DNA of 64,000 bases from Eledone cirrhosa. Taxonomy: Eukaryota. Position numbers and translations under genes: made by a program. The stretch lies in contig OZ024741.1 of assembly GCA_964016885.1 (NCBI GenBank), positions 355,942,001 to 356,006,000 of the forward strand, given 5' to 3'. Positions 26,469 to 40,568 of the stretch are shown here, piece by piece. Position 1 is the first letter of the stretch. Every line of letters begins with the position of its first letter. Under the pieces are notes generated by a model, which ran no database searches, had not been told where the DNA came from, and saw nothing but the letters and a program-made list of their open reading frames with translations.

Positions 26469-26677
26469 CCATCACTCCTGAATATCGATGTGACAATCTG
26501 ACACAGTTTCAACTCAATCAATATAACATATCAATCACTGATGTCAACCTGGTCTATGATAAATGTTCCATAGACATCATCAGTTCTGATGAAGGGATTA
26601 CAACTGAGAATCGAACGCTGGGGTGTCTGAATGGTTATCACTATACCACACCTGTTGATAAGTCGATAGTTTCACAG
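26469..26677 (+). CDS. SLC22-like organic cation/anion transporter, internal exon (large extracellular loop)
   Basis: ttttccag| ... CAG|gtacgt; encodes ITPEYRCDNLT..YDKC..GCLNGYHY..KSIVSQ with Cys and N-glycosylation sequons; phase 1 in, phase 0 out. Confidence 0.85.
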
Positions 26678-27407
26678 GTACGTTGATTTGTATTACTATA
26701 TTAAACCATTATTTTATTATTTTAGAATTAGTCTGTGTTCGTCTAAGTTTTATGTGTCCTCGGCGTTGAATTTTATGTCTCCTCTGTTAATTTAATACAA
26801 TTATAAAAGCAATATAGCGCTCATTCCTAAAAGTAGAAACTGGTTCAATTAACGCTTAATTAAATTGCCTGTACTACTAAAAACTATACAAAAGTCATAT
26901 CATAACTTTCCTTCTATATAACTTTATGAGAAAACATTAACGTCTTAACTTTCTGGCGAAGATCATAGTTTCTTGTAAAGTGTCGTAAGTGATGGTGATA
27001 ACTTTCTAGTCAAGTTCATAATAAATGATTCAATAATTTGAAAAATAAATAGATGGATGTAAGAAGGAACAACGCATTTATTTAAAAGTTTTGTACATGA
27101 TCAAAGATATTTCATCTATAATTTTCAGCTTTTTTAATATTAACGAGTACAATACTCGATGTATCCTTACTCATTTTAAAGACAGCACTGTATGACTTAA
27201 GGGAGATTGCGCTACTATTTCTAGCAGGTCTAGTGACTGCACTATCACTTGTTAACGTTAGTTTTAGATTCAGATGAATTGTTTTACTTTGCACTGATTT
27301 TCTTGAGGATTTTGATAGTTTAATCTCCGTCCAATTTTGAATCACAATGAAAATCTTAAAGTGATGTAGAACAGACCTAATTTGATAACTGTTCTTAGTT
27401 TAAAGTG

Positions 27408-27720
27408 GGGGCGCGTGACATCGTGGTGAGGGAGTTCAGCTCACGATTGTATGGTCGTGAATTCGATCCCTAGTGGCGCGTTGTGTCCTTGCGAAAGACA
27501 CTTCATTTCGCTTTGCTCCAGTTGACCTATCTGGGAAAACGAGTTGCGACGACATTCGCACCATTGTATAGACCTTTGCTGCCTTTCCCTTGGAAAACAT
27601 CAGTGGTGTGGCGAGAGGTGATTGACTTGCATGGACGGCAGCTTCTTTTCCACAAAAATATTTTGTCCAAGCTTGAGCCTTGAAGAGGAACTTTCCAGGT
27701 GCAAATCAAGTGTCAGTCAT
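27408..27720 (+). mobile_element. Second tRNA-derived SINE family, decayed
   Basis: tRNA-like head with B-box-like GAATTCGATCCC, followed by GTGTCCTTGCGAAAGACACTT, which resembles conserved SINE central domains. Confidence 0.55.
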
Positions 27721-28552
27721 AACCTTTAATAGTCTTAATTTATATTTCCAGTTATAGTAGTATATCCTCAAACAAAATATTACTTGAAAGAGATTTTTCA
27801 TGCGATGTTACTCTTTCTTCCAAAACCTTACCCTTGAATACCAAACATAGAAAAAATACAGGGACATTAAAAAGTCTGTTCATACAGGGTATTAGAATAT
27901 TTATAAAGTCCGTGTGCAAATTTAAATGTTAATAACTTCAGATGTACAAATGATAGAAATACACCATAAACTGCATAGTAAGCCTTTATATTTTGAGGCA
28001 AAGGGATATTTAAAATGTTGTTAATTAACTAGGGCGGGTAAAATTCCCGAGATGGTTCTTTTCAATGGCTGGTAATACCTTACCGGCGCCACTCGAATAA
28101 GGTAATTATTTAACCCATAAATGGGGCCCTAACAGGTACTACTACTCTGGGCCAGAGCAGACCTGGGAGTGGTAACAACTAAGGGGTGACTCCACATTCC
28201 CCACAGTTCCTGAATTTCTGAACTGGAGCCTTGCCACTGGATGCAGTTTAATGTCATACCCAGGACTTAATTAACTATAGTTGGTTATAAATAATTAACG
28301 ACTGGGGGGTATGTTCAACGAGTTATAAAATCGTTTAGCATGATGATTCACAAAACATGGTAATCAGGTCAAATCTTTAAAAAGTGAACTTTATAGCATA
28401 ACATTCGTATACATAAAGCTATTCTATGTGGTTTACGGTGTATATTTATCCAAACTTTATTAAGGTTTAAATTTGTGCAAAGTCTTTATGACACCCTGTA
28501 TCTACTAATCAGTCTACTTCTGCCTATTAATATTGTATTTTTACATTTGCAG

Positions 28553-28783
28553 TGGGATCTGGTTTGTAACAAGGAAGCAATGGCCGAATTTACACAAACA
28601 TTATATATCGTAGGTCAAATGATCGGCGGTCTGACGTCACCCTACTTGATTGAAAGATTTGGACGGAAACCTCTGCGAGTGTCAAGTAGTTTCTTATTGG
28701 TTGTGATCAATTTAATTTCTGCATTTGTGCCGTTTTATTCGGTCTTTGCAGCTATGAGATTTTTGGCTGGAATACTACGAGAG
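28553..28783 (+). CDS. SLC22-like exon (WDLVC, about TM2-TM4)
   Basis: tttgcag|TGG ... GAG|gtaatg; WDLVC..IERFGRKP..AMRFLAG (MFS motif A); 231 bp, phase 0/0. Confidence 0.92.
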
Positions 28784-28993
28784 GTAATGCTTATTTAAAC
28801 ACGCATTTACACACGCATACTCTCTTTCTCTCTCACACACACACACACGCACATATACACACACGCACACATACAAACACACATACGCACACATCTTCTC
28901 ACTCTCATTCTATCTTCAAATGAAAGTCTAACGTCCGAAACGTTATGACACTTTTCCTACTATATCAATCGTTAAACTAATATATATCATCAT

Positions 28994-29100
28994 TCCCGCC
29001 GAGGTTAACTTTGCCTTTCATCCTTACGGGGTCGATAAAATAAAGTACCAGTAATGTACTGAGTAATTTCTGGCCTTGTGCCAATAGTAGAAACAATTAT
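28994..29100 (+). mobile_element. SINE 3' fragment (another at 43386-43492)
   Basis: CCGCCGAGGTTAACTTTGCCTTTCATCCTTACGGGGTCGAT body. Confidence 0.75.
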
Positions 29101-29162
29101 ATTGTTCTCCCATAATTTTGTTTGTTGACCTTTCGCTTTCTCTCTCTTCCTCCCCTCTCTAT

Positions 29163-29281
<119 letters not shown>

Positions 29282-30028
29282 AGGAGTTGACGGACCCAGC
29301 ATATTTATCAATGCCAGTACCGGTTGTATCTCAGCGTACTCAATAGGCAATGTAGGATACATTCCCAGAGTATACACATAGTTATTCGCTTCAATACAAT
29401 ACACGTAAAACGGGTGCCTATAATAGTTCCCGGACTCGAGTTTCGGCCACACTTAATGCACCAGTAGGATGCACTGCACCCTCCGTCTGCATATATTATG
29501 CAACAATGCATAATCGGCGTATGTGGCTTCATCAGTGGGTATCGCCTAATCAATAACCAATCGATCGACAGAATCCAAACCCCAGCCCATGCCGGCTATG
29601 ACTGTTTGTGACGGCCGACACACTAAAGTGATTAGCAACTGGAATCCGATACAATTCTATCTCTCGACCAGCCACCGATTTAAAAACTTTACGTGGTGGC
29701 GGGAGAATAGAAAACAAATCTTTTCGTTCCCGTCAAAAGGTGTCAGCCAACGTGTCTCACACTCAAATTAATAAGAAGTGAAAAGATGGTTATTAGAAAT
29801 AGCAGTCCCACATCAATGTATAATAGAATGGTAGCATTCGGCTCATGTCTCCAAGTCCCATGGCTAGAGGAAAGCGATAGTAACAATCGTAGTGCCAAGA
29901 ACCTTTAACGGACATTAAATGCCAGTATCTATTATAGAGCGATATAAAGTAGCGAGCTGGATTGCAGCAGCCACGTGCGTAAACCAGTCTATTTCACAAC
30001 TTAAAAGAGTGATATATATATATATGTG

Positions 30029-30117
<89 letters not shown>

Positions 30118-30532
30118 TATATTTCGCAATATACTGTATGTTTAATTAAAAACATTTAGAAGACCATTCGCTTGTGAACGTTTATCAAGACCACACACTC
30201 AGTTGCCTTTGCTGAGAATTCTAGAAGCTGGATTCTTATAGAATTCCAGTAATAATCAGGAGCTGATTATACAGAGCGATTGCCGGTTCAGCAAAAATTA
30301 GGTATTAGTATTGATGCTCTGAAATAGCTATGTATATGTGAATGTATGTACAGTATATTTGGCAATATACTGTATATTTAATTAAAAACATTTAGAAGAC
30401 CATTCGCTATGAGTTTTAAAGTAGTGACTATGTCACTTACTTAATAAACGCTCACAAGCGAGAAACAGACAGTCTGTCGATCACTCTTAGTTGTTATTTG
30501 CCGAGTATACTATACATACATTATATATATAT

Positions 30533-30720
30533 AGGGCGGTGGATTGGCAGTATCGGTAGAGGGTCGGACGCCATGCTTTCCAGCATAGTTACGTCCCTTT
30601 ACGATATGAGTTCAAATCCCGCCGAGGTTGACTTTGCCTTTCATCCTTATGGGGTCGATAAAATAAAGTACCAGTAATGCACTGGGTAATTGCTGGCCTT
30701 GTGCCTAAAGTAGAAAAATT
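30533..30720 (+). mobile_element. tRNA-derived SINE, full length, between (TA)n tracts
   Basis: A-box TGGCAGTATCGG, B-box GAGTTCAAATCC; several copies in this window. Confidence 0.88.
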
Positions 30721-31455
30721 ATATATATATAGGAAAAAAGGGGTCCAAGTGGGGAGGGCGGAAGGTGAGGTGAGGTGTGTGTGTAGGTGTACGTATGTGT
30801 ATGCGTGGATGTAAGTGTGAGAGTCTGGGGGAGGACGAGGTTGCGTGCTTGGGTTTTGGAAAACCATTGCGTACGTTGGGGGGGGGGGGTGTAAGTCTAG
30901 GTGTGTGTGCGTGTGCATGTGGATGGAGAGGAAGTCGGATGGGGTGGGGGGAGATCGTGTGGAATCGGAGGCAGAGTGGGTGTATGTGAGGATGCGCACT
31001 TGTGTGTGTGTGTTTTCGTGTGGTGTGTATACGTTGGAATGTATGTTTGCGTGTGTGCGAAAATGGTGTAAATGTTTGTGTGTGTCGATGTTCCTGAATG
31101 GTTTTCCGGTGCGTGTGTAAAATGATGGCACTGTTCCGGGTAGTAATCTCGTAGATATCTAAGCGTGTAAACTCTGCGGTAGCGTCCGTGGGAATGGTGA
31201 GGAGGAAATGAGTTCAATCATTTTCATTGCTATGGCAATGCGGCTGGACTGCCGATCGCTATATTTGATTTGCAAAGCTGTCTCAACGTATTGTTATTAC
31301 ACTGGGGTATTATTCTCTATCGAGTGCTAAAGCTACATTCCGAATTCGTTAGCTTAGCCCCAGCCTAAAGCTTCGTTAATGCTGTACTAAAATTTGTATA
31401 TATATATATATATGTGTGTATATATAACCATATATATATATATATGTATATATAA

Positions 31456-31507
<52 letters not shown>

Positions 31508-31560
31508 CTGCCAAGACTGGAATTGAACCAGCACAGTTGAGGTATGTCAGACATCAATTT

Positions 31561-31624
31561 ATTTTATCTGATGAGGACGTACTGAGGAAACAGCACAGTA
31601 CCTCTGAAATATATATAATAAAAT
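31561..31624 (+). ncRNA. Minimal type I hammerhead ribozyme (PLE-type)
   Basis: AUUUUAU-CUGAUGA-GGACGUACUG..CAGUACCUCU-GAAA-UAUAUA-UA-AUAAAAU: 7-bp stem I, 9/10-bp stem II, palindromic stem III; predicted cleavage after 31617. Confidence 0.8.
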
Positions 31625-31666
31625 ATATTTGATCACATGAATGTCTATATTTATTAATATTTTGAA

Positions 31667-31765
<99 letters not shown>

Positions 31766-31789
31766 TATATATAATATATATATATATAT

Positions 31790-34700
31790 TCAATATATTA
31801 ATAAATGGAAACTATATTTATAAAACCATAATTATTTTATTATATATATTTCAAGGGCAACCAAGGCAAATTATGGTGCGCTTTCATCAGATAAAATACA
31901 GATTTGTTTTATAAATAAATATTAGCATACCCGGGAAAAAGACAACCTTAACGGTTGAAGTTCCTTGGCTAGTGGAGATAATATTTTATTGAGAGTGATA
32001 GAAAGTTAATGAGTGAGTAAGCAAATGAGTGTCAGAAAAATTGAAAAAAACAAAGGTTTATTTAAATTAAACTGTTGGAAGAAAGGAGGTGTAAAAGGGA
32101 GAGGAAAAAATATTGAGAGGGAGAGAGAAAAAATATTGAAAGGGAGGGAGAAAGAATAGTGAAAAGGAGAGAGAAGAAAAGAGAAAGAGAAAGAGAGAAG
32201 AAGGAAAGACAAGATTATGCATGGTGATAGTGAAGAGAAGCGAAGCGAACGAAGAAATAAGTTTTACATGGATGAATACCCAGAACATGCTAAGTTTATA
32301 ATATTTATAATGATAAGTTAAAAAATTAAATTAAGGATAAAAAAATTTTGTTAGAAATTAATTAAAAATGTAATTAAAATTTAACTAAAATAAGATATAT
32401 TGCAAAAAGAACTATTTAAAATATATTAAGATGTATTAATAATATATGGGTTTAGATGGGTATGTTATGTTATAGATTTAAATTATTTAAATGTATAGTA
32501 TATTACATTTGAAAAAATCTAGTATAGTTTATTTGATTAAAGTCTGGCAAAATTATATTTAGCCAGAATTTATTAATAGTTGTAAGTCAAATCTTAAACA
32601 TCCAAATAATTCAAAAAATTACGAAAATTTACGAGAGTTTACAAAGGAATAAGTACTTAATTAAAAGTATATATTAAAACCATTTACAAATTCAGACTAT
32701 AAAAATTGAGATTATAAAAACAATAAGGAAGTTTAAAGGAAGTTAAAAGGGTTTTTTTTAAAAACTCAAATGACTCCAAGGATAGATAAAAATCTCTTTA
32801 AAAAGTTATAAGAAGTTATAAAAAGTTATAAAAATTCATCTTAAAATATAATTAAAACATAACACATAGATTATTCCACATATATATAATTAATATAAAT
32901 ATTTGGATATATATGAAAATACATAAATATTAAAAATGTTTAAAATATTGGAATATATGAAAATAATGGTTTTTCCGTATCTTTCAAAAGGATCTTTCAA
33001 ACATTTTACCAAAAGTTGTTCAACAATTTTCAGAAAGTCTTTCAAAGGAAATTTTTTAAATTTTCAAAACCTTTTCTTAAAAGAATTTCAAGTAGTCATA
33101 TAAAAAAAGGTTATGATATATTTTTTGGAGGTAGGATTGATAAGTGTAATAATACAAAGTATATTTATGAAGTAGAAATATTAGAAAGTAAAGGTTTTAA
33201 GGAGTAAATTAAAATTTAATAAGTGTATTTTATATATTTAGGAAGTTATTAAGGTTAGAATTATATTAAATTCTTGAATCATATATAGATATAATCTGAG
33301 GGAGGATAAGTTTATAGGTGTTTGGATATAGAAAACGTTATGTAAGGAAGATTGACCATATATTACATTTTATATATATATATCTAAAAGTTGAATTTAA
33401 ACGATGTTTACAAGAACTAAATAAATTATTACGCAAATTAATAGAGTTCTTACATTTTAGTATAAAGAATATCTCTTCGACGCATAGGCTGCAAAATTTG
33501 GATAGAGCTGTGTAGGATGGTGCTTTGGAGACAATATTCCAAGATAAAGAATAGTTTATATTCTTGGATTTTAAGTTCCATAATAAGTTGGATAGAGAAG
33601 TTGAAGATTTTTTACCAATATTCGTAAAGGAACATTTATGGTTATTGAAACGAGATTTGAAGTCTGTCGAAGTAGAGCCGACATAGTTAAAGGAATTATC
33701 ATTGGTTTTGACATTGCAATTGTATACTATATTTTAAACTAAACAGTTATTATTTAAAGGACAGTTAAATTTATTTCTACAATTACATTTATCGGAATTT
33801 ATATTATTGGGAACGGTATCATTATATTGAATATTGCTAGAGGTATTAATGTTATTCTGGTTAAGTTTTAAGTTTCTATTATTAATTCTATTTATATTCT
33901 GCGCTAAATTCATAGTGGTAGAATATGATAATTTAATTGTATGTATATTAAAGATTAAGTGATACCTATGTGTCTTGGGAAAACAATTATCTAGAGCTTT
34001 AAAAAATAGTTTAGCTATTGGAGTTTTAATACTTAATGAGAAAGGGCGAGCGAACCATAATATATTTCTAGTTCTATTTCTTCTTTTAATTTTAGAGTTA
34101 GTGCTAGGTTTCTTATTATAATTATAATTATAATTATGGTTAGTTGGCATATCTTTATTATCAATGTATTTAATTTCATTATTATAGCCTGCTCTACTTA
34201 AAGCTTCGTTATAATATTGTGCCTTATCTTCAAATATATTTTTATTCGCTGAAATTCTAGAAATACGTTGCTGTACGGAATTTACAATAGTGTTTTTAAA
34301 GGATCTCGGGTGATTGGAATTAAAGTTAACATAGTTTAAATTATCATTGATTTTATGAAATGGATAATAAAGACCAGTATTAAGGTTTAAAGTTACATCT
34401 AAAAAATTAACTATTTTATAATTATTCTCTACTTCTACCTTAAGATTAAAGCTATTAAAAAGTTGTATTATTGATTTTCTTTTCCTATTGATTTCACAAT
34501 TATTATCATTTTCAATAAGCAATAGCATATCATCACGATATAAACCACCGGTCATCTCTGGTATTTTTCTATGTAAAGTATTGTAAATAAAAAGCCCCAC
34601 AAGATCCGTTAATTGCGCCGAGTCCGATGACCCCATAATAATTTCGAAATTGTTATCCCTATCTGCTCTAGTCCAAAGATGGTTGTTAAATTTAATTAAG

Positions 34701-34900
34701 GTTTTACGTGCAGTTAAGATGATGTGCATTTCATCGCTCGATAAATCAGTATATTTAAATGCGTATGTAAGGGGTTTATTTAGTAAATTAGGAGTGATAG
34801 ATGAGTAATAATTAGCAATATCCAATTGAATGAACTTATTGTTATGCTTATATTTTATGTCCTTAAACCAGTCTATAACTTCATTAGTCCCATTCCATGT
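31790..34900 (-). mobile_element. Penelope-like element, probably Naiad clade, 5'-truncated
   Basis: ORF 33734..34825 (DIANYYSSI, MGSSDSA, LYRDD, NFLDV, SNHP, WF..PFS, CNCR..CPL..CL). After a frameshift it continues into a GIY-YIG domain (IVYKC..YVGST..FKSRFNNH..C.FCSL) to about 33380. 3' HHR, ending at (TA)n. Confidence 0.85.
31834..31897 (-). ncRNA. Minimal type I hammerhead ribozyme at the 3' end of the Naiad-like element
   Basis: Minus strand AUUUUAU-CUGAUGA-AAGCGCACCA..UGGUUGCCCUU-GAAA-UAUAUA-UA-AUAAAAU. Confidence 0.8.
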
Positions 34901-35001
34901 CTATCATATGCAATGCTTAATTATAAATTATTAGAAAGCCTATAGTAGAGGAATTCAACTGTTTACTACGAGGTAAAATTATATATGTATATATATATGT
35001 T

Positions 35002-35172
<171 letters not shown>

Positions 35173-35530
35173 TACACACTTCCTGTAGTATTTATCAATA
35201 CACTGATTGGTAAAATTTATCACAATTTTGGCTGAAGCGTGAGATCATTGAAGACATGGTCTTTCTGTGGTGTATAAAGCACAAAATAGCTTAGAAAAGT
35301 CAATGTCTCGCTAAATTATACCTACAGTATAATAACCTTCGCGAGAAAAGCATCAGTTCAAAGAGATAACTCTCTAGCATATCTCATTTCTAAAAAAAAG
35401 GTACAGGAAACTTAATTCCTGATGGGTTCGTAGAGGCGCCATCCTGACACACGGTGTGTCTTGGGCTTTTTTCAACAGACAGAGTCCTTTCCATCTCCTG
35501 GTTTGAACACTGCCGAATTCTCCCAGAGAA

Positions 35531-35597
<67 letters not shown>

Positions 35598-35865
35598 ATA
35601 TAGAGGAAGAGTCGTGCTCAGTACAGGATTAATGCACAGTTGACTTCGGGAGGATTTGAACACAGAGAGCTCAGAGACAATGAACAAATACCACAAAGTA
35701 TTCTATCCGATGTTCTAATGACTCGCCACACATTTATGAGTTCATACGTCATGTTTTCACCATTCTTCAGTACTCACTTTTTGAAATGATACAAACCATT
35801 TACAATATCGTACCGAATATCTATTTATATAGGAAATTTCCATTACATTTTTTTTCTCTTTTCAG

Positions 35866-36068
35866 GCATATGTTATTAATTGTATAACTTTGGTTTGTGA
35901 GTTGTACTCAAAAGAAAAACGTACATATATGTCTTGTGTGTTTATGAGTATCTGGAGTGGCTATAACGCTTTTGTTGGGTTGATAGCCTATCTGTTGAAG
36001 GATTTCGGTTGGAATACATTGTTCCTGTTTAATGCCATTCTCTCAGGTTATTTCATACTGGATTACAT
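35866..36068 (+). CDS. SLC22-like exon (about TM4 end to TM6)
   Basis: ttttcag|GCA ... AT|gtaagt; AYVINCITLVCELYSKEKRT..GWNTLFL; phase 0 in, phase 2 out. Confidence 0.88.
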
Positions 36069-36231
36069 GTAAGTACCTTTTCAAATATTCGATGTTTATC
36101 ATGTTTTTCAATTTACAGGGAAATCCATATTTTCTACCACATTTACATACCTACATATTAAATATGTCTATCTATATATACATTGGTGCAGTCTTGGTTA
36201 CCTACTCGGAATGTATGCATAGAGATATAAC

Positions 36232-36316
<85 letters not shown>

Positions 36317-36476
36317 CGAAGGAAATGTGGTAAGGAACCAGATGGACCATAACGCACCAGAGAACTCAACACTTAGGGTAGTAGAGTGGATAATAGGAAA
36401 AAGTATGGAGTCCAGAAATAGCCGTTGAAACGGCTTGAGCTCTGCCGTCGGGGTCATACTTTTTCCTATATATATA

Positions 36477-36507
<31 letters not shown>

Positions 36508-36519
36508 ATACATACATAT

Positions 36520-38760
36520 ATATTCAAAGTAGGGAGCGCACAGGATATAGGCAACGGAAAAATACAACGGAAAACGGACAGTCCCATCTCCTCAGTCATT
36601 CTCAGGAAATCAATACGGTTTCGGTACATTAAGGTCAATACCATTCATTCCAGTGCACATTGGGACATAACAAAACAGGTAGAGACAAGTTATGGCTTTA
36701 GGCAAATTACACAAATATAGTGTGCACAAGGGCTTAACCAAGGGAAACAAATATATAAAGGAGAGAAATAGTTAAACAGATGAGAAACTGCTGTCCAGTG
36801 TGTAGACAAAGACGGACACTGAGGGGTAGAAAAGGGGCAAACAACCCGGGGGGTGCGATGTCTAATATATAATAGTTTGAAAAAGAGCCTGAATGGCTAA
36901 ATCTTTAGAATATAAATTCAATATATATATAGAAGAGAGAATAGACCAACACTGGGGTGAACTAATAGAACAAAAAGACGGTTCGGTATCATATGAACAC
37001 TCCAGACAAAAGCATTATGCTAATATAGACAGCATAGAAATTAGAATAATATCTAAACATAGAAATGACTCAACAAGTAGACAAATCAGAGAAGCAACTG
37101 AAATAGAACTAAGAAAACCAAAATTGAACAGAAAAAATGAATGGAATAACAACAACCATACAAAAACACACAATACTAACCTAAAATAAATATAAATAAA
37201 TACATATATACAGGTACAATAACAACAACTACACATAAACACACACTAGTGAACAAAGATAAAATACAAACACACACAGACTCAGACACGAACACACACC
37301 AAACACAAAACACACACAAACGCGTGCGCAAAAAAAGACAAGAATAAATAGATAAATAGATTCTGGCAATATTATAACAATATCACCCTCCCCAAATATA
37401 ACAATATTTGTTGCAACACACGATTTCATATCAAAAACCTTGCGAAACAAATTCATCGCTCTCACGGCCCTAGCTTATGCGAAGCTGAAAGGTTATTGAA
37501 AGACACTGTTTTCTGTGATATAAAAACTACAATAACAACAGAACAAATTCGCTTCTTAAAACACTGTGTTTCCTTCAAAATATACACGAGAAACATCTAA
37601 AAAAAAAAAATATAAAATACAACTAAACAAAAAAACAAGCCGAACGCCTAAAACGCATGTTGACGATTAATATAAAAAGAATAACGCATAAAAAAGTTAA
37701 CAAACTTTACAAACATAAACGCGTTAATATTAAGAAAATTCAAAATCTCACCACACTAAACGAGATAAATAAACTCATGAATATCATTCGACATGAAACA
37801 AAATATGCTCAAATCGAATGTAAAAGAAATTTTAATAAAAAAATTAAGATGGGTGAAGGACAAAAACAACAGGAAAAGAGACAAGAAAACCTACAAAAAT
37901 ATCCCAAGTTCGACAATATTTATATGGCAGATGTCACATTACCTACAGAGTTTACCAAAAACCATACACTAAACATCTATGGTAACACTATAACCAACGG
38001 AGAACCTGTTCTTCAACCCAACTGACAAAACATACAAGATGAACAAAATTCACGCCACTAAATTACTCTTAATAAACGAGTTTATATACCATAACAAATA
38101 GATGAACAAACACAAGCACAGTTTATCATAGCTAGAAATAAACTTAGACAGTTAGTAGAACAATACACTAGGAGACAAAACAGACCAGAGATTCAACAAC
38201 TTGGAAGAAAACCTGTAGAAGGCCTACTTAGCCTCACGCAGCGCACAAGGGATAGTGAGGTAGTGTGTCTACCTACAGACAAAGCCGGTAGGATGTCAAT
38301 AGACAGCATACCTAACTACATCAAGGCTATGCAACCCCACATCATCAACACGAGCGAAACAACACCACAAACACACGAGGAAAGAGAAAAGATACTCAAT
38401 GCTCACATGATGATGTGGACCGACATCCTAAAACCAAGTAGACGTACAGCCAATAATTTCAAAGCCTCTAACAGTGACATACCACCCTTATATGGACTCT
38501 GCAAAGACCATAAGACAACTAATGACCATACGACAGGACCACCAGCAAGACCTGTATGCGGAACCAATATTGCCAGTAACTACAGGATCTCCTACTTCTA
38601 CTCTCTGATTATACGTCCCATAATTAAGATGTCCCCAGATGTATGTGACAGCACAGAGGACCTCCTCAGCAGAACCAATGAATGCAACAACAACGAAGAC
38701 TTTACAAACTGCATAATAGGCAGTATGGATGTAGTGTCCCTGTACCTATTCTTAGACTCC
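36520..38760 (+). mobile_element. Penelope-like element in partial-tandem form (GIY-YIG end, repeat, then RT start), degraded
   Basis: 36893..37189 RQIREATEI..PKLNRKNEW (PLE endonuclease C-terminus); 38263.. PTDKAG, LYGLCKDHK, RPVCG, GSMDVVSLY (PLE RT N-terminal half). Confidence 0.75.
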
Positions 38761-38830
38761 GGCCGTTTGACAGCTAGATCTATCTGTCGTAACGACCGGA
38801 GCTTAGCCGCCGGGGTCCTGATTCTTTTCA

Positions 38831-38927
<97 letters not shown>

Positions 38928-38978
38928 TTCATATATGTATATATATATATTATAATTATATATATATTATAATTATAA

Positions 38979-39014
<36 letters not shown>

Positions 39015-39021
39015 AAAGTTT

Positions 39022-39123
39022 GTCCTTCATCAGTGGTCTTCCAACCATCATAGGCATTTCATCGCTTTAAAGACCATATACCTCCGGTTGGTGCGAGCAA
39101 CGGCTAAAAAAAGTCGTTGGGAC
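39022..39123 (-). ncRNA. Candidate non-circularly permuted hammerhead ribozyme (copy 3)
   Basis: Minus strand AGGUAU-A-UGGUCUU..GCGAU-GAAA-UGCCU..AAGACCA-CUGAUGA-A-GGAC. Confidence 0.65.
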
Positions 39124-39644
39124 ACGTAAATAAAGGGGACGTGAGGGTAAACAAACAAAATGGTGAAGCAACAGAAAGTGATGAAGAAAGAGACAAGTCC
39201 CAGATTTCTATGAATTTAAATTCGGTGAAATCGTGAACGAGAGAATAAAGACCATCAAACCTGGTTGAAATGTGAGCAAGGAAGGAATTTCGCACAGGTC
39301 TAACGGGAGGAAGAAGGGGTCTGGTCTGCGAATTCGGTAAACATAAGTTCTGTGAAATCGTAGACGAGAGACAGAGAGAGAAAAAAAAGTCATACCAGCT
39401 TGGCCAAGAGTGCGCGAGAAAAGAATTACACACAGGTCAAACGGGAAGAAAGAGGAGGAGGAGAGGTAGTGACAGAGAATGAGTGATTGAAGAGTCAGGA
39501 AGAGGCTAACAGAGAGAGAGACTGCTAGAAAGGGTAAAGATACATAGAACGAAATAGACGGGTAGCAGCAGAGGAGAAAATATGTGTAAATATGATAATA
39601 AGGACGCTGCGGAGTTGCAAATGGGTTACATATGAAAAAAGTTT

Positions 39645-39746
39645 GTCCTTCATCAGTGGTCTTCCAACCATCATAGGCATTTCATCGCTTTAAAGACCAT
39701 ATACCTCCGGTTGGTGCGAGCAACGGCTAAAAAAAGTCGTTGGGAC
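39645..39746 (-). ncRNA. Candidate non-circularly permuted hammerhead ribozyme (copy 4)
   Basis: Same motif as 39022-39123. Confidence 0.65.
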
Positions 39747-39822
39747 ACGTAAATAAAGGGGACGCGAGGGTAAACAAACAAAATGGTGAAGCAACAGAAA
39801 GTGATGAAGAAAGAGATAAGTC

Positions 39823-39904
<82 letters not shown>

Positions 39905-40444
39905 GTTCAAGAGTAACCAATCTTAAAGAGAGAGAGATGGAGATAGGAAAGGAGATAGGAGAGAAGATAGGAGGTTGATGAATTAGTTACCTCCCTTACA
40001 TTGTCTCTCAATTAAAAAATTAGCACTTCTTAACTAAAAACTACCCACAAATTCTAATTCCTTGTTGACTTAGTTCCCCTGAAACCACCCTCTAATTAGT
40101 AAGCTAAATATGTCCATTGGCGGCCATCTTGTTACCCATAGGCAGATCTCGCACAATGCAGCCTCGACAGAAGAATACTGCTCGACTATGGCAGACAATA
40201 GATATACCCAGGATACCATAGTGAAATACCAATATATGGAACATTACATTCATGTAACATTCTTTCTTTATTTTAATTTATATTCGTTTTGAAGTTCCGA
40301 TGAGCTGCTCTAATTGTACCTAAGTTAATTATCTTCAACTGAACCAGATCAATAATGATCTATAATCATTTGATCCAGAAACATTACATGGAGTAGCGCA
40401 ACAATTTTAAACGGACATTAATAATATTATTATTATTATTATTT

Positions 40445-40506
40445 GCATTTATCTTGCTTTATGTTTATACGAGTTATCACCAAGTCACAACCAGTGACCT
40501 CAAGAG

Positions 40507-40513
<7 letters not shown>
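40445..40513 (-). mobile_element. Very short 3'-end insertion of R4/Dong family B next to (TTA)n
   Basis: Matches 12996-13064. Confidence 0.8.

Positions 40514-40564
<51 letters not shown>

Positions 40565-40568
<4 letters not shown>

Larger units (their letters stand above)
39011..39826 (-). mobile_element. ORF-less retrozyme/PLE-like element with about 190-bp direct repeats, period 623 bp
   Basis: 39011-39202 is repeated at 39634-39825; diverged relative of 22921-23615; (TA)n on both sides. Confidence 0.75.

Noticed and set aside
30120-30410. About 55-bp direct repeat with an HHR-like GAAA-UAGCUA
   Set aside because: No intact CUGANGA and the cleavage position would be G.
30533-30620. tRNA gene
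   Set aside because: A/B boxes are present but there is no cloverleaf; it is a SINE head.
33380-34825. Possible selenocysteine (UGA) recoding as in some Naiad elements
   Set aside because: The conserved Cys positions I could read are ordinary Cys codons; the break at 33734 is a frameshift/TAA.
40294-40412. Extended hammerhead-like motif (CCGAUGA..GCAA)
   Set aside because: Two core positions deviate; probably a decayed PLE ribozyme.
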